Positions 25,339 through 37,959 are shown, counted from the stretch's first letter. The stretch is DNA of 64,000 bases from Eutreptiella sp. 'Long Island Sound 2002' (GCA_964036045.1 OZ038378.1:142476001-142540000), one strand, 5' to 3'. The notes: generated by a model not told the origin, from the letters alone. Program-made: numbers and translations.

Positions 25339-25420
25339 ATGGACGAAATCGATGCAGCAGATGTGAACAGGGACAAGTACAGGCTGTATTGGGTCGATTA
25401 TGCACCTGTTGGATGTTCAG
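25339..25420 (+). CDS. Putative exon 1 of a small two-exon protein of unknown function (ATG may instead be at 25243)
   Basis: MDEIDAADVNRDKYRLYWVDYAPVGCS, followed by a phase-1 donor CAG|GTCGCC at 25421 that is in phase with the acceptor at 28977. Confidence 0.4.
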
Positions 25421-27779
25421 GTCGCCTTTTATCCTCACAGCTGCCAGTTGCTAAGGGAGAGGGTGCACCTGCAATGGCGCGCGGGGGGGGGGGTTGACTC
25501 GGCCGCCGGCGGTTGGCTCAATACCCCCCGGTGCGCCCAGTCCGCTTCGGGAGAGGGCGGCTTGGGATGGATCTGGCTGAAGCCCTTGAAACAAGAAGCG
25601 AGACCAACGACGAAAAAGCCCCCAAACAAATTGCCCGGTGTCCCAAACGGGTGGGGGTGGGGGGCTGCCACCTGAACCCGACCAAAGCGTGGGCTGCCTG
25701 CTGTCATGAGCCGGAACAACTGTGACCCGGCCGGCACAACTGCTGGTCCTGAGCAGGAGACGCCCTGTGGGCTGCTCGCCGTGCATTGGGCCTCGGTTCT
25801 GTTGGTGCTCTTCTCTGGGGCTCTGGGGCTCACCGGGTGGGTGTTGAAGAGGAAGGAAGGGGAGCCCCCCCCCCTCCCCCCAGTTTTAGGGTGGGGAACC
25901 CCAAAAATCATGTTTTGGAAGGGATTTGGATGGGTAGGGGTGGGTGTTGGGGCCTGCTAAGGGGTTTGAAGGGCCAAAAATAGGGCATGACATCAATGAT
26001 AACAGACTCCTACTCCGACTGCTAACAACAGGCAACTGAGGGAAAAATTGGTGATGTGAGCCATTATTTGACCCCTAACAGTGAGTGTGAATGATGAAAA
26101 TGAAGAAAAGGAAGGGGAATGTGTCCGATTTCCATGGTATGGGGGGGCTAAAGGGTTGGGGATGGACTATATGTAAGGGTACAATGGCTATTTTCAGCAC
26201 TGATATATGTATATGGGCGTTTTGCAGGGGGGGGGGGGCGGGTTATTTTGGCCAAAACGACGCAAAGTCGGCACCTTTTCGGCATTTTCTCCATGTTGTT
26301 GGTAGGGTTATCATTGAAAAGTTGGTCCCCCCCCATTTTGGATATGGGGAATTCAAAAATGAAGGTCCCATGGCCAAATGAAATGGTGGCGGGGCCGTGC
26401 GAAGTAGGGAAGTTGGCTGGTGTCCCTCAACAGCAGACCACAACCAACAACCGGCCGGGCCTACATCTCCAACATATCATTTGACCGACAAAAAAATATA
26501 AATTTGTGCATTTCGATGTGCTTAATTCAAAACTGCATGAGTTCAGCCTCAACAAGACGATTCAGCACAGCACAATGCACAAATTTATATGCCCCTTTTT
26601 TTCGTCATTGGAACGATTGGAACACCGGGTCGAGCACCTTGAAAACCTTGCCTGCGGTGTAGACCAAGGTTTACAAGCAGATGTTGAAACGCCCAAGTTC
26701 GGCGGCCCGGGGCGAAAAAATATGGTCACCTACCCCCCCATGACCCATACTTTTCCGAAACGGCCTTTTCTTGGAGATTTCGAAAAGGTATAACATACGC
26801 CCCCCTATGGAACGATGTTTTTGAGAAAAACGGCAGAAACCAAAACGTCGCTGACTTTTTGCGCCGGAATCACCCCCCCCCCCCTTGCAAAACGCCCATA
26901 TGTATATATGGTATATGGTATATATATATATATATATGGTATGTGGTGCTTATAGAAGGGATGGAGTATTGTTTTTATGGCTAGGAAGCTGTGAATCAGT
27001 GTGCTAGGGGCCCCTGCTAGGCCCACCATGGACCGAGAACTCATGGTTTGGCAGCACTGTAGGAAAGTAGGCCTGTTGAACCTCGCAGTTCGAGCATGAT
27101 TTGAATGGAAGCCTTGGTATATATATGGTATATGCGATCCCTGCCCCCCCCCCCCCCCCTAGGGGTCCGAAAGGACCTCTGGGCAGGGCTGGAGGCCCCC
27201 AATATGCAAGAGTACGATGTTTCCCAACGTATGCCATCCCGTTTACCAGGGTACCCCACCTATTTACCTGTGGATCAAAGGAATTGCGGCCTGTAGTTTG
27301 TAGACACTGCCCCATGTAGACACTGTCTGCTCGACGCAGTCTGCTACAACAGACACCACCAGCATGTTGTAGATGCGAAGCGGCAATATTTGGGAAGGTG
27401 GCCGAAGGCCCCCTTCCCCCAAAACAGTCCGCTAACATCGAGGGGCCACACGGCATGTAGTCTATAGACACTATCTGCCCCAAGTAGACACTGCCTGCCC
27501 CTTGTAGACACCGCCTGCTTGTTGTAGACGCGAAGCGCCAGTAGTTGGCTCCCGTCCAGAAAGCAGGATGCTGAGGGCGTTTACCTGGGCTGAAATAAGG
27601 TACTTCGCACCGGACAGGGATCCGGACCCGGAGGGGGGGGGGGCAGGGAAGAGGGGGGGAAGGGATCGCATAACCCTATATATATACCAACCAATCTACA
27701 CCCTCCTCGGCGCAGCAAGCAAAGCACCCTGGCATGAGCGTTGGCAAGTATGGGCTTGCAAGGCCAAAGCAGCCCCTTT

Positions 27780-28200
27780 GGTGAGTGAAAGGGATCAAAA
27801 CTACCTCAAAGTGGGCTCGAACCACTTGTTTTGGCATCCAAAGTGTTCAAGGATCACTGTTGCAAACACACGTTTTAGACTTGTTTTTGGGCTCTTTTTG
27901 GTCCCAAACTGGCACATTTTCAAGGGGTTCCGAGACTTTCAGTGGGCTAAAAATTGGTCACCAATGCCTCAAACTGGCTTCAAACCACTTCTGGTGGCAT
28001 CACAGATCATCCCGGGTCACTTTGGGAAAAACCCGTTTTTGGCCCTTTTTTGGTCTTGAAATGGCCCATTTTCCACGCTTTTTGGGAGTTTTCGAGGGCC
28101 AAAACGGGCTACCACAGGCTCAAAATGGGCTAAGAACACTCGTTTCAGCATCCCGAGTGGTCCAGGAACAACTTTGGAAAATTCCATTTTTTCCGTCCCG
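27780..28200. repeat. Degenerate ~155-bp trimer within an interspersed repeat
   Basis: The pattern CTCAAA..GGGC..AA(C)CACT..TTT..GCATC....G..GATCA/AACAACT recurs at ~27800, 27965 and 28120. Confidence 0.45.
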
Positions 28201-28977
28201 GGGACCCTGTGTGACCCAATTTTGGCCTTGGCCTTGATGGGCCCGCCGTAGGCTATGGCTGCAGAAAGCGACCACTAGTTGAGGGTCTAGTGGTCTCACT
28301 GGGCAATTTTGAGGGGCGGAAACCACAAAAAGTGGGGGTTTCCGGTTGGACTAGGTGCCCTAGGAGTTGGGTTTTGGGCCGCGTACCCCAAGATAAGGCC
28401 CATTCTTGGTTTAGGGGCTCGGCGACACAAACAACACGGATTTTTGGGCCGTTTTGGGCCGTTTATGGGCTGTTTGTTGGTCAACTCGTGAAGTTAGAGG
28501 TCACCAAAGGTCTCTTTGGCACGGGCAAAACGCGCCGGCCGCAACATATGCCATCCGTTTTTTGTGGTTTTCTCACGTTGGTTGGGTTTTAGGGGCATTT
28601 TGGGTGAAAAACCGCCCCAAACAGCGCACAGTGGGGAGGGCACCACACGACTTGGTGGCTGACTTATGGGCTCAAACGTTGGATTTGGGGAGGCCTCCTG
28701 TGGGGGTGCAACCCCCCAGACTTGCGGCCGGCCCCGGGCCGCCATGACATAGTAATTCACGACACTGATGTGTGACGTGCTTGCTTGCTTGTTCTTGTCG
28801 TTGTTGTTGTTTGCGGAGATTTATGGGGATGAGGGTGTAGTGATATATGTATTGCTACGCCCTCATCCTGCCCTGCCCGGCACTGCCTGCCATGCTCTTC
28901 CATGCACTGCCCTGCCCTGCACTGTCCTGCCCCGCACTGACCCTCCGTGGCCCCATGCCGGTCCTCTCACTCCTCAG

Positions 28978-29261
28978 GCGTGTTTTTCCGAGACCATCCC
29001 AGAGTGAGCGCTTCAGTCAGTGAATCAGGATGGCCGCGCAACGGGGCCATCATCCAGGCGTACCGTCTCGAAAGCCACCCGCAATGGCTGCAGGTGCCGA
29101 AGGGGCTATATCTGCCCATGTTCTGGCCGCCGGAGGATGGTGGACGACAAGTCATAACGGAGATCGATACCGAAGGGCGGGACATTACTGGGTGGCATCT
29201 GGAAGGATGGAGGTTTTGGCACACCTACATCGTGCCGCCCAAACTGAAAGAGTCTAAGTAG
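28978..29261 (+). CDS. Putative terminal exon of the same protein
   Basis: Pyrimidine tract plus CTCCTCAG acceptor, then an open frame (G)VFFRDHP..GWPRNGAIIQAYRLESHPQWLQVPKGLYLPM..KESK-stop. The composition is protein-like. Confidence 0.5.
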
Positions 29262-31279
29262 AGCAGGACCATGCGATAGTACGCCGTGTTGTGGCGCAGG
29301 ACATGGCAGGCCATGGGATGGTAGGGGAAGGGAGGGGAGGGCAAACCCCCACAGCGCACAGCACAGGGCGGGGCAGGGCAGTGCAGAGGGATACAATGGG
29401 CGGGTGGGGCGGGAGGAGGACCTGGCACTGTGGTGGGACCGCTGCTCATGATGGCCCCTTGCATTGATGCCACGTTCAAGTGGGAAGGGGGGGGGGTAGA
29501 AGTGGGGGCCGATCAGCTTTGAGCATGAGCCGCCTTTTGGTTTCATTGCAAGCGGATGAGGTGTGTGTGGGGGGGCGGGGTTTGGCACAAGGCCTCGGTA
29601 TCTGATTGTTTGCCTTTGGCGGCGGTGTGGGGGGGGTGGGGGGGGGCGCCGGCACCGCTCCTCCGTTACTTCTACAGAACTCGAAAAGGGTTTAACCCCC
29701 GACGATACTACCACCAGCGTGCTAACCCTGAGGCCCGGGCCAAGTATCTCTGGAGCAACGGGCTGCAGTGGCACCCTCAGCAGCAGGGGCAACACGCCCT
29801 AACCGAATGCTTTCTGTGTTGAAGTGGCCCGTGGCTGGCAGTTGCGGCCGGGCTGTGGCTTTGCAAGTGCCCTGACTGCCCTGCCCCGTGCGGGTACCGA
29901 CGGCTGACGGGGCCCAGTCGTGAGAGGGGGCGGCATGTGAATCCGATGTCCCCCCGGCGGCTCTCCCCTCTTCTGGGGCTCGGAGGGTCACCTGCTTGGT
30001 TCCGCCGTTTCTGCCCGTGGCCCCATCGATGCACTGAGATCTCATTGAGTATCAACCCCCCCCCCCCCCCCCAAGCGACCACCAACAGCACAACACCCCC
30101 AAAAGCAGTGGTTGGGGGCTATGCAGACGGTACTCCCCGGAACCGGCGGGGCGGCGTGTTGTCTCTCGCGGCAACGACCGCGCACCCTCTGGACCGCCAA
30201 GAGGGCGCGCGGCTGAAAAGGTCGGGGGGTATGGACGACTTTGGCAAACGTGTCATGGACCAGAGTAGTGACCGAAGCCCTGGGCTCGGTCACTCGTGCC
30301 CTGCTCCCGCATCGCACCCGCGTGGGCAATTGGACGAACGCGTGGGTTGTTTCCGCGTGCGGCTCCGAATGCTCATTTGATTTTGTGCCCTCGCACCCAA
30401 TGCCCTCTTTTGCCCGAAAGCACGAACGGGCTGCCACGGCCCTGCCAAGGTGTGGCACGACACTACACTCCACGGGGGGACGGTGGCTGGTGTGTGGGAC
30501 CCCACGCCAAGGGGACCCACAGCGATGTGGCCGGTTTGTGAGTGAAAGTGGTGATTCCAAGTTGTTTTTTTTGAGCCCGCGGCGAGGGGTAAGAATCCTG
30601 TTTCACCCCGTGTGTGTGTAAACTCAAGCTGCTCAGATTTTATTGAGAATTCAAGCATCGGTGAAAAACACCAAAATGCATTTTTGACCCCCCCCCCCCC
30701 CGACCCTGACCCCCGCCGCAAGGTCTGCGTGATGAGTACAGTGATGGCCGGGTGACGCAATAGACTGTGGGCCGCCACCACAACATCACAACCACATCAG
30801 CAGCCGTTGCGGTGGTGGCTGGTGATGTTGGGGGGCGCAAATGGGCCCACCTTATTGGGAGTCGGGGTGCAGTATGCGAGTGTGGTATGAGGGATGCTGG
30901 TGTGTGGGGTCTGCCGCCAAGGGTTTGGGCACTTGCGGAGCGTCACTGCCCTACGCCTCTCGGCAGTAGACCGCGGATTTTGGCCGGCAGGTCAGCCATG
31001 CACAAAGCACAAAGGAGTGTCACGCCTCGAGGGTGACGCCGGTCGAGCAGCTCAGACGCCGGGGAACGTGGCCAGGGACCGGCCCGCGAGACATTTTGAC
31101 AGTACATTGAGGCGGATGAGGCTGGAAGGCCCGGAGACTGCGTGTTGCATGTAATGCAGGAGAGACCAGGGATGGAGGTGTGGTGCCATTGGCACGATGG
31201 CAGTTTTGGTGATTGCCGTTGGCTTTGCCATGCTCTTTGCCCCCCTCCCCCTTGCGCAGGCACGGCCTTGTCTTAGCAC

Positions 31280-33490
31280 AGGGTGGGCGTTGAACCGCTG
31301 ATTTTAGGAATTTTTGGGACCACTGTTTTTGTGGTTGCAGATGTAACATGGGGTTTAAAAACGGTTTACCACACATTGCCACCCGATGATGTTTGTTTTG
31401 ATGTGATTCTTAGCCATTCCTGCTATTTCCCTTCCACAGCCTATCGCCATCTGCATCTGAGGGATCTCCTGGATGTGGGCGATCATGTGTGTTTGCAAAG
31501 GCGAGGTCTTGTCTGAGCACGGGGTAGGTGTTGAACCGCTGTTTTGCCCGGTCTTTTGGGACCGTGGCTGTGCTTGTGCAAGGGGGGTTGCGGTACTCTT
31601 GCTGCCTCCTGTTTGGACCGACTAGTGCGATCAAGTTCAGGATATGGAATCCAAGCCTCTGCCCACCCCAACACTGTTTTGGAAACCCTTCCCCGCGATT
31701 CATCGCGCCTTGGAAAAAGGAGCGGGCAATGGCTTAGGGGGAGCGTTAGCGCGCTGGGCGCACGCCGGGCACGCACCGGGCATCTTTTTTTGACCACCCC
31801 CCACTCCTGCCTGTTTTTGCCTCCACCTCACCAAACAATTTGGAGTACTTTCTCGCCGTGTCTAAGAATTGGGCCCATCCTTTGCACCCAGTTTATGACG
31901 ATGTCAAGGGTGGTGGTTGGAAGTGGTGGGAGTGACATTTTGTGTTGTTGAATGAATTCTCATATTTCGGCTTATACAACGTGCCTTGGAGAGAAGGTTT
32001 GCGGTCTAGTGCGGTCTACTTGGGGGACTTCCCAAGGTGAGGATAAACTTGGGGCTAGAGAAAAGATACTTGATACAAAGGTAGCGCGCCGGGCATGCGC
32101 CGGGCAAACATTCCCCCTTAGCAAGCCAATCTCTGCTCCCTCAGCAGTATTTTCTTTTGCCGGTGAAGCGCCAGGTTGTCTTGGACTGGGTCAATGCCAC
32201 TGCCCCTAGTGCATCCAGAGCATGGTCCCTGATGGTTGATGATCCACCGAATTATGCAAACAGGCAAGTGACGGGATGGGAGCATATCACTCACAGGAGC
32301 AGTCTGGCGAATGAGTTGGATCAGATGGCGGGAAGAGACGGACGTGAGCGAGGACCAGGCAGGGGTGATGCAGCTATGTTGCCTCCCCCCACGATGGGAG
32401 ACCACAAGAAGGCAAGGTTCATGGAGTCTCCACGATGGAACCCCTCAAAACGCAGGGTTATGCAGCTCCATCCACTGCTCCCCACTCTGGGCACGCCCAG
32501 GACCCACGGGTCATGTAGCCGTATGGATTTGTCCTCACAATGGGTATCCGAGAAGGCAGGGGTTATGTAGGCATGTTGATTTCCGCCCACTCCGCTGGCC
32601 CTATTCGACGCCCCCCTGATCCCATATTGGTGTGCTCCCCTATGGTCATGGTTAAGAGGTTGACCCTTTTCCTAGATAGGTCTTTGAGACGGCAGAAGAT
32701 TTCAGGCTTCTGTAGGTACTGCCGGTTTTGGTGGAAGCCCTGATTGGGCTGGAAAAGGAGGATTGGAGGGGCCTGCTGCATGTCACCATCTCCCCTCTCC
32801 CAAGGGCAGGGGAGGTGCGGCCCGATATCCTCCACAACGGGCTTTCGCTGGTAGGTAGCAACGTCATACCTCAGGATATTTGGGAAGAGACGGTGCCCAT
32901 GGACTTCTATGGGGACGGGGGTGAGAGGATTTTGATGTGGAGGAGCCCGAGATGGATTCACGGGGCAACCCGCGGCCGGGAGCATCGCGTTGGGTGTCGC
33001 ATGATGTCACACAGTCTGCAACAAGTTTTGAGGAAGCAGTGGTTGCTCTATGACCTGCATGGTAGTCCCACCCCCACTTGTTGGCTGTTCATCATCCCCA
33101 AGATGTCGGGAAAAGTGTCTCGCATACTCAGCTGTGTGGCCTAGATGGGTGTAGCCCTCCCCAATTTTCGCTCCAATTTTGGGAGCAGCTGAGTAAGCTT
33201 TTGGTCACTTTTTTCCTGGGGGTTCCCCTTCATGGGACCCTTCTCAACTTTAACAATGCTTTTTGGAGCTTTGTTTTGCCGAATTCAGCAAGCACGCTTT
33301 TTGGGCTAAGGTCGGGCCCCAGTGGGCAGGTGGTGTGGCTAAGGAGGCTTCCCTTTGGCTGGAAGTAGAGCCCATACATCTTTTTAGAGCGCGTTGGTGC
33401 TCGGTTTTACCCCTGGATATCCTCCTGGTCCACTACCTCGACAACTTTTTTTGCTGGTTCACGTTGGTTGAGTCACATGCCCAATCGTGA
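31280..33490 (+). mobile_element. Decayed DIRS-group (tyrosine-recombinase) retroelement relic
   Basis: RT motifs LFIIPKMSGK, NFNNAFWSFVLP, LRRLPFGWK and ILLVHYLDNF (33080-33450) parallel the RT at 42.9-43.5 kb. YR-like remains at 31.3-31.8 kb are weak. Confidence 0.65.
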
Positions 33491-34367
33491 CTTGTGCAGT
33501 GTGTTTCCTCCCCCCTTGGCAAACTTTTGGTTTTTTTTGCGATTTTGAGCCGAAAAGGTGTTTTCGGGACCCGGCTCCATAGGGTTTGTGTGGAGCGGAG
33601 TGGGACGAGCGCTTGTGCAGTTTGTGCGGTTTTTCGTCGTTTTTGCTTTGTCGGTGTTATTGGTGACCTTAGTGACCCGTGGTACCCACTCTAAGGGGTG
33701 CAAGTGGGGATGTTGTGACAGCATATGCCTACATGGTTCTAACATTTTTTGCAGTCCCTAGCCTTGCCTAGGACTGGGCAAGGCCTGTGTGAAAGACCCA
33801 AAAAGACCGTTTCCACCAACAATGGCTTACATGTGTGCATGGAGTGCTACACAACCTGCTTGTGCAGTTTTCCGCCCTGGGCAGCTCAAAAACCAAAGTT
33901 TCTGAAACTTGTTTGTTTGATATCGGGGCCACTCACGATGACCATCCAAGCTTTGTAAAGCACGTTTTAGGCAGTATTTATGTGGTTTTTATGGGCATTG
34001 GGTGTGTGTGTCACTTGGGTGTGCATTGCTCGGGGTAGATTCTCTGCGAGGTGGACGGCTGCAGGTTTAGTGCTACCATTGTGTGGTGCAACCCCCCCAT
34101 GGGGGGGGGGGGCGGCCTGACATTCGGGGGGACCGGCCTGACATGCGGGGGGCGGGGGGTTACAAGGGGGGCAGGGGGTACCTATGACGTATGCAACCAA
34201 AATGAACTTTTCTCATCCTGCATTGGCCCCGCACTGTTGCACCTTTTTGGTTCCCAAAGCGTCGTACACTGACAGTCACCAGCAATTTGACCACGGGACT
34301 ACCAACACATCCCTCCCCCACGCATACGCCCTGGTTCCCCCTGCAGTGCTGCCTCTTATTGGCAGCC

Positions 34368-36059
34368 ATGTGGAGACCCTCCCCCGAAACGTCCGGGTTC
34401 ATGATGATGCTCGTGCCCACCTTCGACCCTCCGCCCGACGGCCCTCACCTGGACAGACCCCACCCGCCCCAGGACTCGTTCCGCAGCCTGTGCGGCCCCA
34501 CGAGGCTCGGCACCCGCTGCCCCCTCTTCCGCCTCCTGCCCGAGGCCTTGCTCCCCGAAATCACCGCGTATTTGCCCCGGCGCGACCTGGTGCCGCTGCT
34601 GCGGGTGGACCGGGCGTTCTGCCAGCTCGCCCGCTCCGTCCTGTTCCACACGGTCGTGCTGGACTACAGCCTGGCCTGCCTGGACCTCCTGCGCATTCTC
34701 GCCGAGTCGCACGCGCTGCACGCCCGGTCGCCCGCCGCGGTCCCGGACCTCGCCCGCTGCGTGCGCGTGGCCCAGCTCCGCACGGCCGCCGCCTGCCTGC
34801 AGGCCCGGCACGGCATCACCGTCGACGCGGAGAGCGAGGCGGACCCCGACGCCTGGCGCCGCCGGGTGCACGGCGCCGCCTGGGCGTTCTACCGGGAGTA
34901 CCTCCCGGTGATCACTGCCACGGTGGCCGCGCTCTGCCCGGGCCTGCGCGACTTCCGCTTCCTCGACCCCATCCACCTGCCGGCCCACCTCGTGAACGCG
35001 GTGCTGGCGCTCCCCGGCCTCCGGGGGCTGGTCCTCGACGGGGGCGTGCTCCCGGACGCCGTTCGGTTTCCCGAGACTCTCCGACTGACCACCCTCACCA
35101 TCGCCGTGGGCCCCAACCTCCCGGACTGCACCCCCAATCCCGTGGTCGCCGCGCTCCCGCTGCTGCAGCGGTGCTGCGCGACGCTCCGCGACCTGCGGCT
35201 GAAGGCCTGTTTGTCCAAGCCCGACGCCTTCGAGGCCGTGGACTGGGCCGGCTTCGCCTTCCCGCGGCTGACCGCCCTGACGGTCGCCCGCGCCGCGCTG
35301 TCCGCCGCCAGCCTCTCGGCGCTGCTGGGGCGGCACTCCGCGGTGACCGACCTGACGCTGCGCCACTGCGGGCGCGCCGCGTGCGCGTGGATCGCCGAGC
35401 GCTGCGACCCGCGCAGCCTCCGCCGGCTGGTGTTCGCCGACTGCCGCACGCCGGCCGCGGCCCTCCACCCGATGCTCCGCGGCACCGCGCGCCTCGAGGC
35501 GCTCGTGCTCGACAGCGCGCTGCCGCCGGCCGCCGCGCGCTCCCTCTGCAGCCTCCTGCGCGCCCACAGCCCGCGCCTCCGGTCTCTGAAACTGACGCTC
35601 AAGACCCCCCCGGACGAGTCGGTGCTGCAGGGGATCGCGGCGCTCGGCGGTTTGCGTCGTCTGTGGCTGGTCGGAGGGGAGGCCGACGGCCTGGTCCCCG
35701 GGCCCGCGTGGGAGGTGCAGCACCCGGCCCTCCGCGCCGCCCTCGCCCCCCTGGAGCACCTGTCGTGGCTGGCCCTGGAGCACGACACGTACCCCCCCCT
35801 GTGCCGGGCCGCCCCCGGGCCGCGGCCGGAGTACTACCTCTCGAGGGACGAGGGATGGGACCGGCGGCACTTGTGCGGGATGCGGGCGGAGGCCGACCGG
35901 TACCCGCGGGCGTTCCCGGGGCTGCGGCTGCTGTACGTGGGCCGGCTGCTGTTCCGCTTCGCCCCCGCCGGACCCCGGGGCCGCCGCGCGGTGCCGCAGG
36001 GCGCGAGGATAGACGACTGCCGGGACGTGTTGCACGCCGACTGGGGCCTGGCCGACTGA
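34368..36059 (+). CDS. Intronless F-box protein with LRR/RNI-like C-terminal region (563 aa)
   Basis: Long GC3-rich ORF. F-box pattern LFRLLPEALLPEITAYLPRRDLVPLLRVDRAFCQLARSVLF, and repeated LxxLxL motifs (LRDLRL, LTALTV, LRSLKL, LRRLWL). A CTGCAG acceptor lies 21 nt upstream of the ATG. Confidence 0.88.
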   Translation: MWRPSPETSGFMMMLVPTFDPPPDGPHLDRPHPPQDSFRSLCGPTRLGTRCPLFRLLPEALLPEITAYLPRRDLVPLLRVDRAFCQLARSVLFHTVVLDYSLACLDLLRILAESHALHARSPAAVPDLARCVRVAQLRTAAACLQARHGITVDAESEADPDAWRRRVHGAAWAFYREYLPVITATVAALCPGLRDFRFLDPIHLPAHLVNAVLALPGLRGLVLDGGVLPDAVRFPETLRLTTLTIAVGPNLPDCTPNPVVAALPLLQRCCATLRDLRLKACLSKPDAFEAVDWAGFAFPRLTALTVARAALSAASLSALLGRHSAVTDLTLRHCGRAACAWIAERCDPRSLRRLVFADCRTPAAALHPMLRGTARLEALVLDSALPPAAARSLCSLLRAHSPRLRSLKLTLKTPPDESVLQGIAALGGLRRLWLVGGEADGLVPGPAWEVQHPALRAALAPLEHLSWLALEHDTYPPLCRAAPGPRPEYYLSRDEGWDRRHLCGMRAEADRYPRAFPGLRLLYVGRLLFRFAPAGPRGRRAVPQGARIDDCRDVLHADWGLAD

Positions 36060-36512
36060 CTGGAGGCGGGGGGCCTGCGCGGGCCGCTGACTGGCGCCGA
36101 CTTGTGACGTGTGCCGTGTGGGCCATTTGTGCGGGCGGCTGCGGTGTGTCGGTGGGGCGGTGACGGTTGATGCACATTCGACGGTGGTGATGAACGGGGC
36201 GATGGATGCCACTGCGCATGTCGGGTCTTCACTTTCGGGGGAGGGGGGTGGTCCGGCCGGAGGGCTCTATCGACCCGCCCCCCCCCCCGAAACGAAACCC
36301 CGGCCTCCCCCGTGCGGACGTCTTGTAACAACCGTCGGATCCGGGAAGTAAAGCAGTGGGGGAAAAGGGGGTGGCGGGTCCGTGGCAAGAGTGCGCCGTG
36401 GCACGTACCTGATCGCCCCTGCAGCACGCGACAGGCGGAGGCTACACGGGACTTACGCTGTACAAGCGACGGAGTATGGCCCGCGGGTTGTGTTGTGTGC
36501 AGCCGGAAGGCT

Positions 36513-36880
36513 CGGCACTCTCACTCTCTCTCGCACCCGCGGACCCAAGGGCCTGCGTTGCACACGGGTTCCGCTGGAGCTCATGCGCTGGGATGGGGCG
36601 GAAGGGGCTGGTGGTGGGCTGAGGGTGTGTGTGTGTTTGACACCCAAGAATGTGTAAATCAAACCTCCAACTCCGAGGCTCAAGACTCCTAAACGACCAA
36701 CAGACCATCCCCAAAACCATGTGTTCAGAGCTCTTCCGGTCTCGCTGGCAGGCCTTCCACGAGCACACGGATCCGCACCTTCGGGACGTGGAGGCGCGTT
36801 CGTGTGTGTAAGGCTGTTGCATTTGGGGTGCCACAGGTGTGCAACGCAGCCCTTGGGTCCGCGGGTGCGAGAGAGTGCCG
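36513..36880. mobile_element. MITE-like element with ~40-bp terminal inverted repeats
   Basis: CTCTCTCGCACCCGCGGACCCAAGGGCCTGCGTTGCAC (36526-36563) is inverted at 36839-36875 with one indel. The outer CGGCACTC also pairs. No TSD seen. Confidence 0.55.
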
Positions 36881-37959
36881 GTTGGGGGGGGTTACCGGCA
36901 GCGGTGGTGGGCGATGGCGGTTGGAGGGCAACCGACGCTGTTGGAGGTTGGCGGTTGGAGGGGGGTCCTATAGGGACCAATAATCTTGTCCTTCGGTCCG
37001 CACACATCAGGGGGAATCCCTGCACTGCTGTTCGGCTGTAGTTCCCGGGGAAAGCCCCCAAAGCAACCCCTCCCTCAAAATGGGTGAAACGGTGTGAGAA
37101 CGGGTGAAAGTGGGTGACACATGGGGCGCGCCATTGCTCCAATGCACACGAAGCTTCCCAATCCCCATCACGACAGAAACAGCAACGATGCCCCCGAGCC
37201 CATGGACTATGGGTTTCCAGTGCGACCCGACAGCCAAACAGTTGCACTGCGCGCGCTTTGCCAGCCGGCCTCACTACGCTGCAGCCCCATGTGCCCACAC
37301 ACGTGGACCACCCTGACCTCCCCTGACCTGCCCTGCAGCCGTGCATACGCTTCTTCCCGGACCGGCAGAGGCTACACATGCATTCATTCCCATGCCCATC
37401 AATTCAGAGGGTCCTCGTTGCCAGCACTGGTGATGCGGGACCGGTTGTCGGTGTGCGTGTGACACCCAAATCTTTCAAATCTTGCACAAACTGCGAGGTT
37501 CGGCAACTGGGACCTACCACTAAGCGACCGAACCATGAGCTCAAATGTTCTGGTGCCCCGTCGACAGGCTCAGGAACCGGGTTGAGACACTGGCAAACAT
37601 GCAACAAGAGGGGGTGGCGTCCGTGTTCCTACCGCACCCTGCATCCCATGTACCTTGTACCCCCCTTAGACCCCCCCCCCCCCGCCCCCCCGGACCCCCC
37701 CCCCTCCAACACCCTCTTCTAATTCTGAAAAAATCAGGTAATTTTCTGGAGGGGCAACAGCAACAGCAAAACAAGAATCCCCGGCCGTTGGCTGTTGGCC
37801 GGAGAACAGTGCGTATATGGACTCAAAACATCCAGTTTTTTTGTGGCCCCTTCTTTTGTGGATGAGGGCTCACGACATGCACAGTTTTTTGTGGCCCCTT
37901 GAGTTAGGTATATGGCCTCAAAAAATCCACATTTTTTTGTAGCACTTTGCCTTAGTACG

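Noticed and set aside
27295-27530. Repeated TAGACACT as reverse-strand spliced-leader relics
   Set aside because: Only 8 nt match and the next base disagrees with the SL; it is better explained as a local degenerate repeat.
34184-36427. Long overlapping ORFs (659 aa +, 618 aa -, others) around the F-box gene
   Set aside because: These are shadow frames of a GC3-rich CDS, with Arg/Pro/Gly-rich translations and no domain signal. The same applies to shadows of the UBL, JmjC and sufB genes.
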